Shown here: positions 13,085 to 25,892 of the stretch, piece by piece | Layout: each line of letters opens with the position of its first letter | Numbering within the stretch: position 1 is the stretch's first letter | DNA from: Octopus sinensis | Taxonomy: Eukaryota | Reading direction: 5' to 3' | NCBI RefSeq assembly: GCF_006345805.1 | Contig: NC_042999.1 | Location: 31,000,001 to 31,064,000 of the forward strand | DNA length: 64,000 nt | Program-made: the position numbers and the translations under genes | Notes under the pieces: generated by a model | What the model saw: only the letters and a program-made list of their open reading frames with translations | Database searches by the model: none | Told to the model about the DNA's origin: nothing

Positions 13085-14049
13085 TGTATCTGTGTATGTA
13101 TATATGTATGTATGCATGTATGAATAATAGACAGAGTGTGTGTGAGGTTTCTGCATGTGTGTACATGTGTGATTCTTTATCACGGATACATATGCAATAA
13201 TCATTATTTTCTTTTGCTAATTTGGTGATTAATTGAATTTTCTGGTATCCCATAATTAGAATTACACAACATGTAAAGATATATTTTGAGACAAAAATTA
13301 ATTTATTGACTGACATAGCATCAGGAAAGTGCCACATTGGCTGGCTAAATCAATACAAAATTAGACATCAGCAAGGGAAATGTGGGCCAATCAGAAATCC
13401 TTTATATGGTTTCCCAACATGCCAGTAATAACAACCAAATCTTCCCTAAATCATGTTATACAGTCTTAAAGAAAGAAGGACAATGTGACTAGTATAAGGA
13501 GAGATATAACAAATATAGAATGGTCAAGGAAGAAACATTATCTGTCATCAGTTTGATTAATCATGGCTGATTGGGGTTTAATTAACAATAAAAATTACAA
13601 CCTCATGCGGAATCAGTTTTTTGTATTTGACTATGAAGAAAGGAGCTCCAGGATTGACTTGGTATGTACACTGAGCTTCTCATGAAAGCTCAGAATATAT
13701 GATGTGGACAGATTACACCCATCTTAAGTATTGTTGCCCACTATAGGCTTTGCTGGTCTCTGCTTTCTTGCTGAACACCAAGTCATGTTGTTTCTATCAT
13801 GTTATATTTTGGAAACTTCTATATCATAACCAGTGATAAAGACCATTCAACTACAGGGATGTTATTGGCTGATACACAACAAGAAATTGAAGACCTACAA
13901 AGCTAAGGGGGTGGGCAGAGATTTCTGGTGCATCTTGGTTGAATCTAACTTGACTATTTATAACAGTATTTTTTGCTAGATACAGCATCACATCTGCAGA
14001 TAGAGATATAACTATAAATAGAGATTTAACTACACATGATTCAATTACG

Positions 14050-14298
14050 TGTCGGTGGCACGCAAAAAGCACCATCTGATCGTGGCCGTTTGCCAGCCCC
14101 GTCTGGCACCTGTGCAGGTGGCACATAAAAAGCACCCACTACACTCATGGAGTGGTTGGCGTTAGGAAGGGCATCCAGCTGTAGAAACCCTGCCAGATCA
14201 GACTTGGGCCTGGCACAGCCTTCTGTCTTCCCAGACCCCAGTTGAACCATCCAACCCATGCTAGCATGGAAAACGGACGTTAAACGATGATGATGATG
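14050..14298 (+). mobile_element. RTE 3'-end element with gtggcac(g/a)taaaaagcacc subrepeats and (GAT)n tail
   Basis: Same family as 5254 and 35787. Confidence 0.85.
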
Positions 14299-15254
14299 TA
14301 AGAGTGGGATTGTTCACAGTTTTAAAGAATAAGCAGTTTCCATTGTCTTCTGAGCCGCTTTAAGCTTAAGGAGATTGATGTTGTTAAATTTCTCATAAAA
14401 TGTTGTAAGCCAACAGCTGCAGAAAAAGACATACAGAAAGGGAATTCTAGATGAATGACATTTAGGAGATGAAGGACTAAACATCGAGGTGAATACAGAG
14501 TCTGGAGGATCAGGTATAATGTAGGGAATTAAAGGAGGAGAGACAAATGAGTCAAGAGTTTCTGAGAGGAGGTGGCATGAAACCAATCATATTCAAAGAA
14601 CAAGATATTGGTAGTGGAGACAGAAAAAGCAAAGAGAGGAGATAGCATGACTGTGGTTTAGAGACTGGAGTGTGTTGGTGCGTGACTCATTAAAAATCAG
14701 CTAGGTGGTGCTTTAGTATGTGAAAGGACATGGACTAATTATGTAAAGCAGTGTCTTGTTTATTTCTCATCATAATCATCATCATCTTTAACAGTATCAG
14801 TATCATCCTAAGTATTATGGACATTAACATTCATCACCAGTCCATCATCATGATTATGAAGATGATTGTCATCATCTCCTCATCAACATCATCGTTGTCA
14901 TCACTTTCATTTCAACCATTAATATTGTAATTAGCAATGCAGTCAACTATTGAATTGGTAAATATAAAAACCAAATTTTGCTCAACAAATTTGCAAAACT
15001 ATATAAATTATGGATGATGGGATGTAAATATGAACTCATCCATGAAATAAAGATTGGATAGATTTGATGTTGATGTGAATACTGATCAAAAGTTGGCCCA
15101 AAATCACATTTGCAATATCACTTATAGGACAGGACAGTTGGAATTAGTGATCAACTACATCTGTTCTATGGAGAAGAGTTGAAGCAGTTTATGACAGACA
15201 CTGTTACCATTATAATGGTTGCTTGAAATGTTACCACAGAGCCAGAAGGTTTTG

Positions 15255-15430
15255 AGGTGAGAGGGAGTCGACTACATTGATTCTAGTAAAGACTGGTACT
15301 TATATTATTGAACCCAGAAGGATGAAAAATAAAGTTGACTTTGGCAGAATTTGAGCTCAGAACAAAGAGACAGATGAAATACCACTCAGCATTTTGTTTA
15401 GCATGCTAACAGTTTTGCCTGCTCATCACC
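15255..15430 (-). mobile_element. SINE S2 (degraded)
   Basis: actggtactt...aaggatgaaaaataaagttgactttggcagaatttgagctcagaac is the reverse complement of the S2 core. Confidence 0.7.
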
Positions 15431-15564
15431 TAAAGTATTAGTATTACAAAAGCAACCACATAAGGGAGGGAGTGTCTATATCAGTAGTTCTCATCTGGGG
15501 TTCAGGTGGACCCTGGGGATCTATATAAGATTTTAAGGGATGCATGCAAGCATAATAGTAAATT

Positions 15565-15905
15565 GGGGATACAACACCCATGGACATGTTTACAAAGTCA
15601 GAAAACAGCACAGCTCCCATGACTTTAGGAAACATTTTTTCACGCTGAGAGTTGCTGAAGCATGGAACAAACTGCCGGCATCAGTTGTTAGTTGTCGGAG
15701 CACTGCATCCTTCAAAACTTCCATGCTTTCTGAGATTCACCAACACTACACCTGATTTTCTCTCCTCCATACACACACAAGCATGTATCTGACTCATACA
15801 TTGTTCGCTTTCCAGACATTTGTACATTACTGCATATACTTTATACGCACTTTCTGACAAGTTGTAGTGCACCTGAGCACTGTATACAATAATTTCTTTA
15901 TTATA
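15565..15905 (+). mobile_element. 5'-truncated CR1-clade LINE 3' end
   Basis: Peptide HGHVYKVRKQHSSHDFRKHFFTLRVAEAWNKLPASVV matches the CR1 ORF2 C-terminal 'FF..RV...WN.LP..VV' motif, followed by 3' UTR. Confidence 0.85.
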
Positions 15906-16215
15906 TATATATATTTTAAGGGTCCATGAAACCTTTTGCAAGAAACAGCTAGGTTTAACATGTTTCTGGCATCTGAAACATGTTCTCTCAGGGAATGCTG
16001 TTGCACAATTATACAAGAGAATGTATGGAAAACAAAATAGGAATTTTGAAACACTACAACTAGCTTTTAAACATTGGATAGCTATAGGGCTCCACCAGAA
16101 TAGAATAATAAGGAAAGGGGGTCCAAAGGTAGAAAAAAATGATTGAGTATCACTGGTCTACATAGTCAATACACCTGCTAGAAATAGCAGTTAAATCTCT
16201 CTCAATCTAATGTTG

Positions 16216-16511
16216 CCATTTTCAAGCCTAGCCAGGCTCATGGGCCCGGTTTCCCGGTTTCTGTGGCGTATGTGTTCCCCCCAGCTGGACGGGACACCAG
16301 TCCATCGCAGCGTTACTCAAGAAACAGGAAGAGAGAAAAAGTTGTGGCGAAAGAGTACAACAGGGGTTGCCATCACTCCCTATCAGAGCCTCGTGGAGCT
16401 TTTAGGTGTTTTCGCTCAATAAACACACACAACGCCTGGTCTGGGAATCCAAACTGTGATCCTCCAACTGTGAGTCCACTGCCCCAACCACTGGGCCATT
16501 GCGCATCCACC
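16216..16511 (-). mobile_element. tRNA-derived SINE, head S3 with tail T1
   Basis: Reverse complement of 54301-54592 with similar organisation. Confidence 0.85.
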
Positions 16512-17123
16512 TAAATCTAACACTACTGTTTAAGAAAAGGAAAGGGAAAGCAAATCAAGGAAACATTGGAGATTGTTGCCAGCCATATGCAGATAAATAT
16601 GGAATGGTGAAGGTTGGAAATGTTTTGATAATAGGTATGCAAGATAAGGACAGATTTGTGGTCAATCAACTATAAAAATGTCATTCATATCTCCTTCAAA
16701 TGAACTCCTACCATTTTAAGTGAATAAACAATATACTAAATAAAATATAGTCTTATAGGTGACTGGTCGGTTGCATCCTGGACAAGTAAAAATCAAGAAT
16801 AGAAGATGCCAATTATCAATATATGTAAACAGAGATTTGATCAAATCGTCCGCTTTACTTAGCGATTTTGAATATTTGTCATTAATTGTATTTCATTCCA
16901 TTCTGGAACTAGCATGCATGCATACACACACATGTGCAAGCATGTACGCACACACACACACACACATATTTTTAAAATTCTTTATCCCATTTCCATGTAC
17001 CAAGTTCACTCACAAGGCCTTGATCAACTTAGGGCTATAGTAGGAGACATGTGCCCAAGGAGTCATGCAGTAAGACTGAATCCAGAACCATATGGTTCAG
17101 AAGTAAAAGTGTTACGACATATA

Positions 17124-17354
17124 TTTCTTTATTGCCCACAAGGGGTTAAACAAAGAGGGGACAAACAAAGACAGACAAAGGGATTAAGTTGAGTACATCG
17201 ACCCCAGTGCAAAACTGGTACCTTATTTATCGACCCGGAAAGGATGAAAGGCAAAGTCGACCTCGGCGGAATTTGAACTCAGAACGCAATGGCAGACGAA
17301 ATACGGCTATGCATTTGACCCAGCGTGCTAACGGTTCTGCCAACTTGCCGCCCT
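17124..17354 (-). mobile_element. SINE S2
   Basis: ttatcgacccggaaaggatgaaaggcaaagtcgacctcggcggaatttgaactcagaacg, near-consensus. Confidence 0.9.
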
Positions 17355-17701
17355 AAACATCTTACAACATAGCCACACCTGAGCCTATACATACATTCAA
17401 ACATACATACATATATCTACACATACACATTTATATATGCACACATTACATACAAATGTAGCGTATATAAAAAGATGAAAGCGCTCAATATTAGAGAAGG
17501 AGAGGTTTAATGGCACATATATATAATCAACTGCTAAATTTCTGAATTCAGTACACAAGCTAAATGACATTTTGGGTTTCAGCAGGCCTGATGAATATAT
17601 TAATACATGAAACAACCGTAAACACAACAAACTCCATATAATCATATTATAAACGTACATACACACAGACATATACCCATATATATATATATATATATAT
17701 A

Positions 17702-17780
<79 letters not shown>

Positions 17781-17799
17781 TTGATATAAATATAGATAC

Positions 17800-17844
<45 letters not shown>

Positions 17845-18324
17845 CACATATATATATATATATAACATACACAGCTACTACACACTCATTAACATCACAG
17901 AGACATCTACGCATATAGCTGCCAAAGTAAGACATTCTTTTAAAATTCTGTTGTCCAGTATTTTAAGTTCTAATTGAACATATTTTGAATTTATAAATGT
18001 AAAAATCTGTCATTTCAGATGTATTATTTAAAAAATAAATAAAAATTTATTTTTCCATAATTTTTTCAATTGATGGTATTTATTAATTAAGACCAACATT
18101 AAAATTATGATTTCTTGTATTATTTATTCTGGCATAAACCTCAGAGAAAAAGATATATGTATATTACATTTTATATATGGGAAGAACAAAAAAAAAAAAT
18201 GATTATGATTCTAATTATGAATCTAATTAGTATAATGTCCTTTGTAGTTTTAGCTGTCAGAAATAAGCTGGCATATGTTGGGGAGTATACTCTCCCATAT
18301 AGAGAAAAATGCCATGTATAACTG

Positions 18325-18365
<41 letters not shown>

Positions 18366-18381
18366 TTATATATATATATAT

Positions 18382-18414
<33 letters not shown>

Positions 18415-18514
18415 TATATATATATATATACATATATATGTGTGTATATATGTATACACATACATGTGCACATACAAATATATATATATATATATATATA
18501 TAGATACATGTAAA

Positions 18515-18553
<39 letters not shown>

Positions 18554-18780
18554 GCAAACACATATATACATACATATACACATGTTCTTCATTAGTAATC
18601 ACGAAGTGACTCAAGGTTTGGGAGTCTTGTGCATCAGCAAACACACAAAATTATAAGCACATGAGTCACTGTGTAACTTCTGCTGATTATTAACAAAAGA
18701 TATTTATTCATTCATGTTTGTATTTTATTTTTCTGTTTGCATCATCAAAGCCATGTACATACATACATACACACACACGT

Positions 18781-18812
<32 letters not shown>

Positions 18813-19096
18813 GTGAAATTTTTGTTAGTGTGTCGTGTATGACTGTGTGTGTGTGTGTGTTTCATGTTTATTGATAAGTGTATGCTTACATAAGAACTAT
18901 CAATATTTCTTTAACTCTTTAAAATTGAATGTGTTGCTGTTTGTTTTTGTATGCACTAGTGCACTAGTGAGTGTTTTAAGAGCAGATCACAACATGCTTT
19001 CACAAAAGTATGCACATTTTTATAGCTTCAATATAAATATTAACACACATGCTTTCTAGCCTGTAAACTTACATGCTGAAACAATATACATGTTAC

Positions 19097-19138
<42 letters not shown>

Positions 19139-19770
19139 TTTATTTATCCACCCATTTTCAATATTCCTCATCATCTCAAACTATGTTCAATACATATGCA
19201 CATGCAAAGTAAAAGCTTAAAATTTTTACTACTTTCAAAATTAATGAAATAATGCAATAGATGAATTTTTCTTCAAGATATTAGAGCAGTGAGTCCCAAA
19301 ATCTTTCTTTTTTACTTGTGGTATACTTTAGAGCAAATAACAATATGCAATGTCCATAAAACCAAGATATATTTTCAAACAAGGTATTTATACTTTTTAA
19401 CCTTTAAATATTTATGTAAACTACACAAAATTAATAAGTACTTGTTTTTGTAGCAGAGTCATCAAATAGAAACATGAATTGTTGATTTTTGGCAGGGTTT
19501 TTAACATTTTTTAAATATAAATTTTCATATTAATTTTTCAACATATTGCAGCACAGCAGTGTTATGCCGTGCATCATTTGGGACTCACTTCATCAAGTTA
19601 TCTTTGCATAAATCTAGCTCATATGTGTATTTGTTTATCACTGTTGTATTGAGTGTGTATGAAAAGATATATATATTTTAATATCACAAATAGGGGCAAA
19701 CACAAACATTTGGGAACAAGCATGGCAAGCTCCTGGCAATTCAATATCATGACATCATTTTCAATCTCAG

Positions 19771-19838
19771 TTGATACAAATTTATCTTACCTATGCTATT
19801 AATACATGGAAACAGTTCTCAGTACGGCAATATATCAA
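19771..19838 (+). CDS. Candidate coding exon LIQIYLTYAINTWKQFSVRQYI(K); may extend upstream to 19694 across an in-frame TGA
   Basis: Acceptor catcattttcaatctcag, donor CAA|gtaaga, open only in phase 0 to 2; phase fits the 27078 candidate. Confidence 0.35.
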
Positions 19839-21821
19839 GTAAGATTCTTGTACAATGCAAGGATTTTTGGGCCCATTTAAAACAAACCAATAATTTTCAG
19901 TAATGGAACCAAGATTTTTGATGAAGATTATTTTGTATTTAATTCAGAAAAGGAAAATTTATTTTCAAATTTTTGTAAAGCTCAAAAAGATTGCACACAT
20001 ACACACACACATATAGGTACATATATATACATTTATATACTGATACATGTGTGTGTATATATAAATATGTATATTTTGTATATACATACATATATATTCA
20101 TACACACACATATACACACTTGCGTGCTTGTATAGAAATATCCTACCACATGCACATACACACTTATATAGAAAACAAGCCCCTTCTAAACTACACTTAA
20201 AATTCAATCTAAGCCCATATTGCAAGTATTTAAGCTAATGTACCATATGGAAGAATCAAATTCAGAGTCTTGTGATTGTGAAGGATACTACTTAATCACA
20301 TGACCATTCCTTCCTTTATCTCACAAGAATATTCACATTGAGCTGTCGTTGCTATCTGTGTTTTTTATCTTTTTGTTTTCTTATATTTTCACCTTCATAA
20401 ATATTCTATCATCTAACCATATTGGTGCTACCAAAATTTGTTCTGTTAAAATTTTATTTATACTGGATATCAGAATGAATGAAGATTCTATCTTTTAACA
20501 TGTGGCAACATAAACAAACTTCATTTAGGTATCAACTCTCTGGAAGAATGTATTTTTCTCTCAAACTTACCATCACCTAACTCAGAGAAAGTTTTTAATG
20601 AAATTCCCATTTGACATCAACATTCACAGGAATATTTTCTCCAAATCCCCAGTAGAATTCTTGCTTCAAATTCAAAATATGTATATATTTAGTAAAGTCT
20701 TGCATTATTAGTTTTTGTTTTTAGAATGTTTTCAAGAGAATAAACTACTTTCAAGAATGAATTTTATGCTTTTGTTTATGAGTATTTTTTTTCCAGTTTC
20801 TCTATAAGAAATACTAGTTGGTAATATCATTCTCAATGATGACTTTTACTTTTGTGTAACCTTCAAATGGAAAAAAAAAATTACTAGATTTTTTTATAAG
20901 ATTAGTTTTTCTTTCTCTGAAGTTTGCCTCAAATAGCTGTGGTCCCACAGTTGTGAGCACATTTTTGTGAAATAGATTTAACACTTTCATAGGGAAGAGA
21001 AGAGAAAAAAATATCTGATACAAGATTTAATTCCAAAACACCGGCAATGTTTAAAATGCAATGGGATTCAATGATTTTCAGTATTATATTCACAAACAAA
21101 GACTACTTAATAGGTTAATTACAAAACTAATCAGACTTTACAGATTATGCAGTTTCAGAATTTCAGTAAATGAATTTACAAACAGAATTAAGCGAAGATG
21201 TAATATAAATGAAGAAAACTCTTGACTAATTGCACATATGAAATAGAGAGACAAACTTATTTGTTTTTAATTGATTTTTGATGATAATTAATGGAAAACA
21301 AATATTGGGGGAAAAGAGTTAAATGTAGCAGAAAATTGGCTGAATTATATGCACAATACACTCATACAAGTATATATGCAATACAGATACACAAGTATAC
21401 ACAGATGCACACAAACACACACACACATATGCACACGTGTGAGAGAGAAAGAGAATATGTATGAGTTTGTGTATGCGAGTGTGTATTTGAATGTATGTAT
21501 ATGTATATAATAATCACTATAATTGAGTGTTGGTTGTGTATATGCGGTACCATCCTGAATCCAACATACCTGGTGAAAACCCCTTTCTTACCAATAGTCA
21601 ACATTCCCTCACCCCAGGCACAATTTCTATTATAGCAATTGCTATTGCTGTTGGAGCTCTTATCAGCACTATACCGATGAATATATGTGTATATCTAAAT
21701 GTTTAAATATATATGTATATATATATGTATATACGTAGGTGTATATATGCATATATATATATATGTATGTATATATATGTATTTATATATATACATGTAT
21801 ATATATATGTATATATGTATG

Positions 21822-21888
<67 letters not shown>

Positions 21889-21969
21889 GGCGGTGTATAT
21901 ATATACGGCAGTGCATCAAAATGGCTGCAGCTCTTAGCTGAAACTAGAGAAAAAAAAAATGTATGTATG

Positions 21970-22001
<32 letters not shown>

Positions 22002-22794
22002 CTTTTTTTTAAAGTTTCAGCTCAGAGCTGCGGCCATGCTGATGCACCGCCGTTTAATAATATAATAATAATAATGAAATGACAACAAAAATATGACACC
22101 TTGACATTAGGTAAATAGAGGAATTTATAAATGTATAGTTTAGGACAATGAGTAAGTTGTCATAATAGGACTCAGATTTTCAAATGCCAGAGCTAAGAGT
22201 TATGATGCATTCTGGTCGGCTATATGACAATAGACGTTATAAAAAAGTGGTGAATGTGGGTGTATGTAAATATGAAAGTATATAAGTGTGTATTTATGTA
22301 TATATATATATATATATGTTTGTATAGACACACACACACACACACACACTCATATATATATATATATCTGTGTGTGTGTGTTTTGTACTGTTTTCTCATA
22401 AGTAGTACCAACAAAAAAACATATTCTATCCTGTTAGAGATAAATATTATTTAATACTCATGCTTTAAAAATGAGCAACTAATGTTTTCATGCTGTGGAG
22501 ATACAATTATTTGGCAGATATATATATATAACATGCCATGTGTTTTCAAGTAATCTTTCAGGCTTAGTGCATGCCATTAAAACTATTTGTAAACCAGGAT
22601 GTTGGTCTATGAAGAAAAAATGTGAAGAAGCCACATGCAAAATATAGAATGAGAAGAAAGAGAAAGAGAGTAAGAAAACCAAGATCTTTATCCCCTTTGT
22701 CTTTAGAAATAACAATTAATCTATCCAGTGTAGAATAATATAATGGAAAGGAGGCCAAATTCTGTGAGCTAGCTACTTAATCCAGCTCAACAAA

Positions 22795-23200
22795 AGAAAT
22801 TTGGTCATGTGCTTTCATTTGCTAAAACTTTTAGATCTGGAATTAAGTAGTTTGATAGAATTCTTGGATCTAAAGTGAATGTGCAATCTTTCAGCAACAC
22901 ATAACTTGCATCTCTTTGATCCATTTAGATATGGCATATATTTCTCCTCTGTTCTCCACTTGATTGTATGTTGTGTGCAGTTGGTCATTAAATTCATTGC
23001 CAGTTTAGTGGCTTTATTTTTATCAAAGTGTGGAAAGAATGCTAGTTGTTTCCATATTGGCTTTTAAAATTGCCTTCACATAAACCAACATATTTTTTCT
23101 TCTTTACATTGTTTTGGAACACCAATGTAACATCAGCTTCATCAACAACGAAGCAGGCAAACTTCAGGATCTCAATAGTTACAACTGGGAATAGGCTTTG
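22795..23200 (-). mobile_element. Penelope-like element GIY-YIG endonuclease remnant
   Basis: Minus-strand peptides KYVGLCEGNFKSQYGNN*HSF and PYLNGSKRCKLCVAERLHI...LLNSRS match the PLE GIY-YIG 'YIG.T...FK.RY.NH..SF' and 'C.LC..EK..I...LN.R.E' motifs; disrupted. Confidence 0.8.
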
Positions 23201-23626
23201 CTGTAACTTGTGAGTGATAATGCCCTTCATTTTGAGGCAGCAGCTGAATGAAAAGCAAAGGTTGTTGTTCAGAATGTATAGCTGCCAGGGTAAGAATGGG
23301 TTGCAAAATTTCTGCTGGCAATGAAGATCTTTTACCTTATGCTGAAAAGTACATTGTGTGATGCTTGTTTGATCTTATATGTTGTATGGGGTCTGAATGT
23401 AGAAGATTTGCAAAAGCCAGAAAGAAATGAGAAAATCAAGCTTTGATGAATGTGTAATGGTAACATACGTAAACTCCAGAGAACAAGGGAAAAACTGGGT
23501 ACAGGAGAGAAGTCAGTGTTAGTATAGGCATAGATGATGTCTGCTGAATAAGGATGTGCTAAGATAGTGCAATTTACAGATCAGGCTAAATCAAGAAAAT
23601 CTTGCACTGAAGGATTGAAGGCTTAC

Positions 23627-23708
23627 CTGCTAATGCTGCACCACACAAGGGAAGACAGAGAATTGTATTTATTGGAAAGACCCATTCACTTATGTTCACA
23701 CTTAAAAC
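23627..23708 (-). CDS. Candidate minus-strand exon VLSVNISEWVFPINTILCLPLCGAALA(G)
   Basis: Acceptor ccacatctttag, donor CAG|gtaagc, 82 nt open in phase 0 to 1; no partner exon established. Confidence 0.3.
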
Positions 23709-23989
23709 CTAAAGATGTGGGCTTAGATGCTGCAATATTTGAACCTTGCCAGCCTATCTTACATCCTTGACTTCATTATTTTTATTACCATCCTTCAAAG
23801 CCATCTCCTATCACACATATTACTCCATCCCTCATCCCCGAAACATCTGTGTTGATCATAACATCATCATCGGTGTACATACTTGCCTTTCAGCAGAACT
23901 ATATATATACATATATGTATATGTACATATATATACATATTACATATACATATGATGATGATGATGATAATGATATATATATATATATA

Positions 23990-24051
<62 letters not shown>

Positions 24052-24274
24052 GAAAGCAGAAAATGCACCTTCTAAATGTTGTTAAGTGGTGGTGGTGCTA
24101 GGAAGAACATCTAGCCATGAAGTACCAAGAGACACTGGAGCTTGATGCAGTTAACAAAACCCTTGGATCTCATCAAACTCTCCCATTCATGCCAGTACGG
24201 AAGCACTGGAAATTAAAATATGATGATAATTTATACATATATATGTATATGATATACAATATATATGTATATGT

Positions 24275-24407
24275 ATCGTCATTTAACGTCCGTTCTCCAT
24301 GCTAGCATGGGTTGGACGGTTCGACCGGGGTTCTGGGAAGCCAGAAGGCTGCACCAGGCTCCAGTCTAATTTGGCAATGTTTCTACAGCTGGATGCCCTT
24401 CCTAACG

Positions 24408-24409
<2 letters not shown>
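24275..24409 (-). mobile_element. RTE 3'-end element
   Basis: Reverse complement of the 5254 element. Confidence 0.85.
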
Positions 24410-24443
<34 letters not shown>

Positions 24444-24576
24444 CGGACACACATATATACATACATACACACTACATTTATGTAACAATAATTATATACA
24501 AATCTAAACATAAAATATGTAATATATATGTATATATATATGTGTATATATATATATATATCTATATTTATATCTA

Positions 24577-24725
24577 TATTGGAGATGTACTTGCATAGCA
24601 AGTGACCTGATCAGAGATCGTGTGCTGGAACAAAAACAATTACAGTGTGGAAGGTGTTTATAAGCCTTTTAAGAAATACACGAAAATGTTGAAGTGAATC
24701 TAACGGATTTCGTGTGTTTCTTAAA
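24577..24725. mobile_element. Fragment of repeat family C with internal fold-back
   Basis: Reverse-complement match to 51170-51297; ttaagaaatacacgaaa/tttcgtgtgtttcttaa hairpin. Confidence 0.7.
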
Positions 24726-24811
24726 TGTGCAGATAAACCCAGCACCTTTTCTGAGCTACACCATCGGCTCTCGAGATGGACGAATGCCGACGGATATATA
24801 TATATATATAA

Positions 24812-25020
24812 CGGGAAGCTTTATGAAAATAAACAAAAGACGAAGGCAGGTGGAAAACAAACGAACAATTGTATTAGTATGGCGCTCAGGAAATATAAAT
24901 AAAACAAGTCTTTAACGTTTCGAGCCTACGCTCTTCAACAGAAAGATACACAGAGAGAGAAAAACACAGAAAGAAGGAGAGAAAAAAAATGCGTGCAGTA
25001 GCTAACGAATCAACATGGCG
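24812..25020 (-). mobile_element. Repeat family B (Penelope-type terminal repeat with HHR-like motif)
   Basis: Homologous to 42560-42760, 55885-56030 and 56115-56296; motif at 24909-24946. Confidence 0.7.
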
Positions 25021-25099
25021 ATCTGATTTCGGCCAGAGGTCAAAGATCAAACATGAGACGCGAGAGCGAAATAAGGGGAGATAATAGGGTTGAAAATGG

Positions 25100-25460
25100 G
25101 TTGAGGGACCAGCTAAAAGTGCGTGGGAGGGGTCTGGATGTGTGTATGTATAGGGTTGGTGTATGTATTAGTATGTATAAGGGTGTGTGTTGTGTGTGTG
25201 TGTTGTGTGTATGAGAGAGTATTAGTGCGTAAGATTGGTCTGGACGTGCGTATGTATGGGGTTGGTGTATGTATTAGTATGTATTAGTATGTATTAGTAC
25301 GTATGGTATGTATTGTGGTGTGTGTGGTGTGGTGTGAGAGAGTATAAGTGCGTATGCGGGGTCTGGACGTGTGTATGTATAGGGTTGGTGTAAGTATTAG
25401 TATGTACTAGTATGTATTAGTACTATTAGTATGTATTAGTTGGTGTGTGTATTAGTATGG
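25100..25460. repeat. Three-copy ~105-120 bp minisatellite with (gtatta) subrepeats
   Basis: agtgcgt...ggtctgga(c/t)gtg(c/t)gtatgtat(a/g)gggttggtgta at ~25116, 25219, 25341. Confidence 0.75.
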
Positions 25461-25500
25461 CACATCATATGTGATGTGAGTGTAAAGTCATGTGGTGTAG

Positions 25501-25849
25501 TGAGGAGAAGAGGGGGACGGGAGAAGAGGGGGACGGGAGAAGAGGGGGGGAGAGAAGGGAGGGGGGAAGAAGAAGAAGAGGGGGAGGAGAGGATGGGGGA
25601 GAGGAGAGGATGGGGGAGAGGAGAGGATGGGGGAGAAGGAAGGGGATGAGGGGGAGAGAGAAGGGGGGGGGGGGAGAGAGAAGGGAGAAGAGGGAGTGAG
25701 GAGCAGAGGGAAAGGGAAGAGGGAGGGAGAAAGAGGGAAGAAGGGAAAGGGAGTAGGGGTGAAAGGATGAAGGACTGAAGAAGTAGGGGTCGGGGGGAGA
25801 AAGGATAGGTGAGGAGGGGGGTGAGGTTAGATGAGTAGGGGGGGAGAGT

Positions 25850-25850
<1 letters not shown>
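25501..25850 (+). repeat. Polypurine G/A-rich low-complexity tract
   Basis: Almost only G and A with many G runs of 4 or more. Confidence 0.85.

Positions 25851-25892
<42 letters not shown>

Noticed and set aside
15128-15226. Open frame DRTVGISDQLHLFYGEELKQFMTDTVTIIMVA after an AG
   Set aside because: No credible donor and a poor acceptor context
15918-16128. About 70-codon open frame VHETFCKKQLG...KGGPK ending at AAG|gtagaa
   Set aside because: No recognisable homology and its phase does not fit neighbours; within chance expectation over six frames of 64 kb
17578-17625. CTGATGA-atatattaatacat-GAAAC-aacc-GTA core
   Set aside because: Core and stem III are present, but the flanks (gcaggc / aacac) cannot form stem I
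19278-19288. 11 nt microexon-like unit with good splice sites (DIRA)
   Set aside because: Such short AG..GT pairs are common by chance; no independent support
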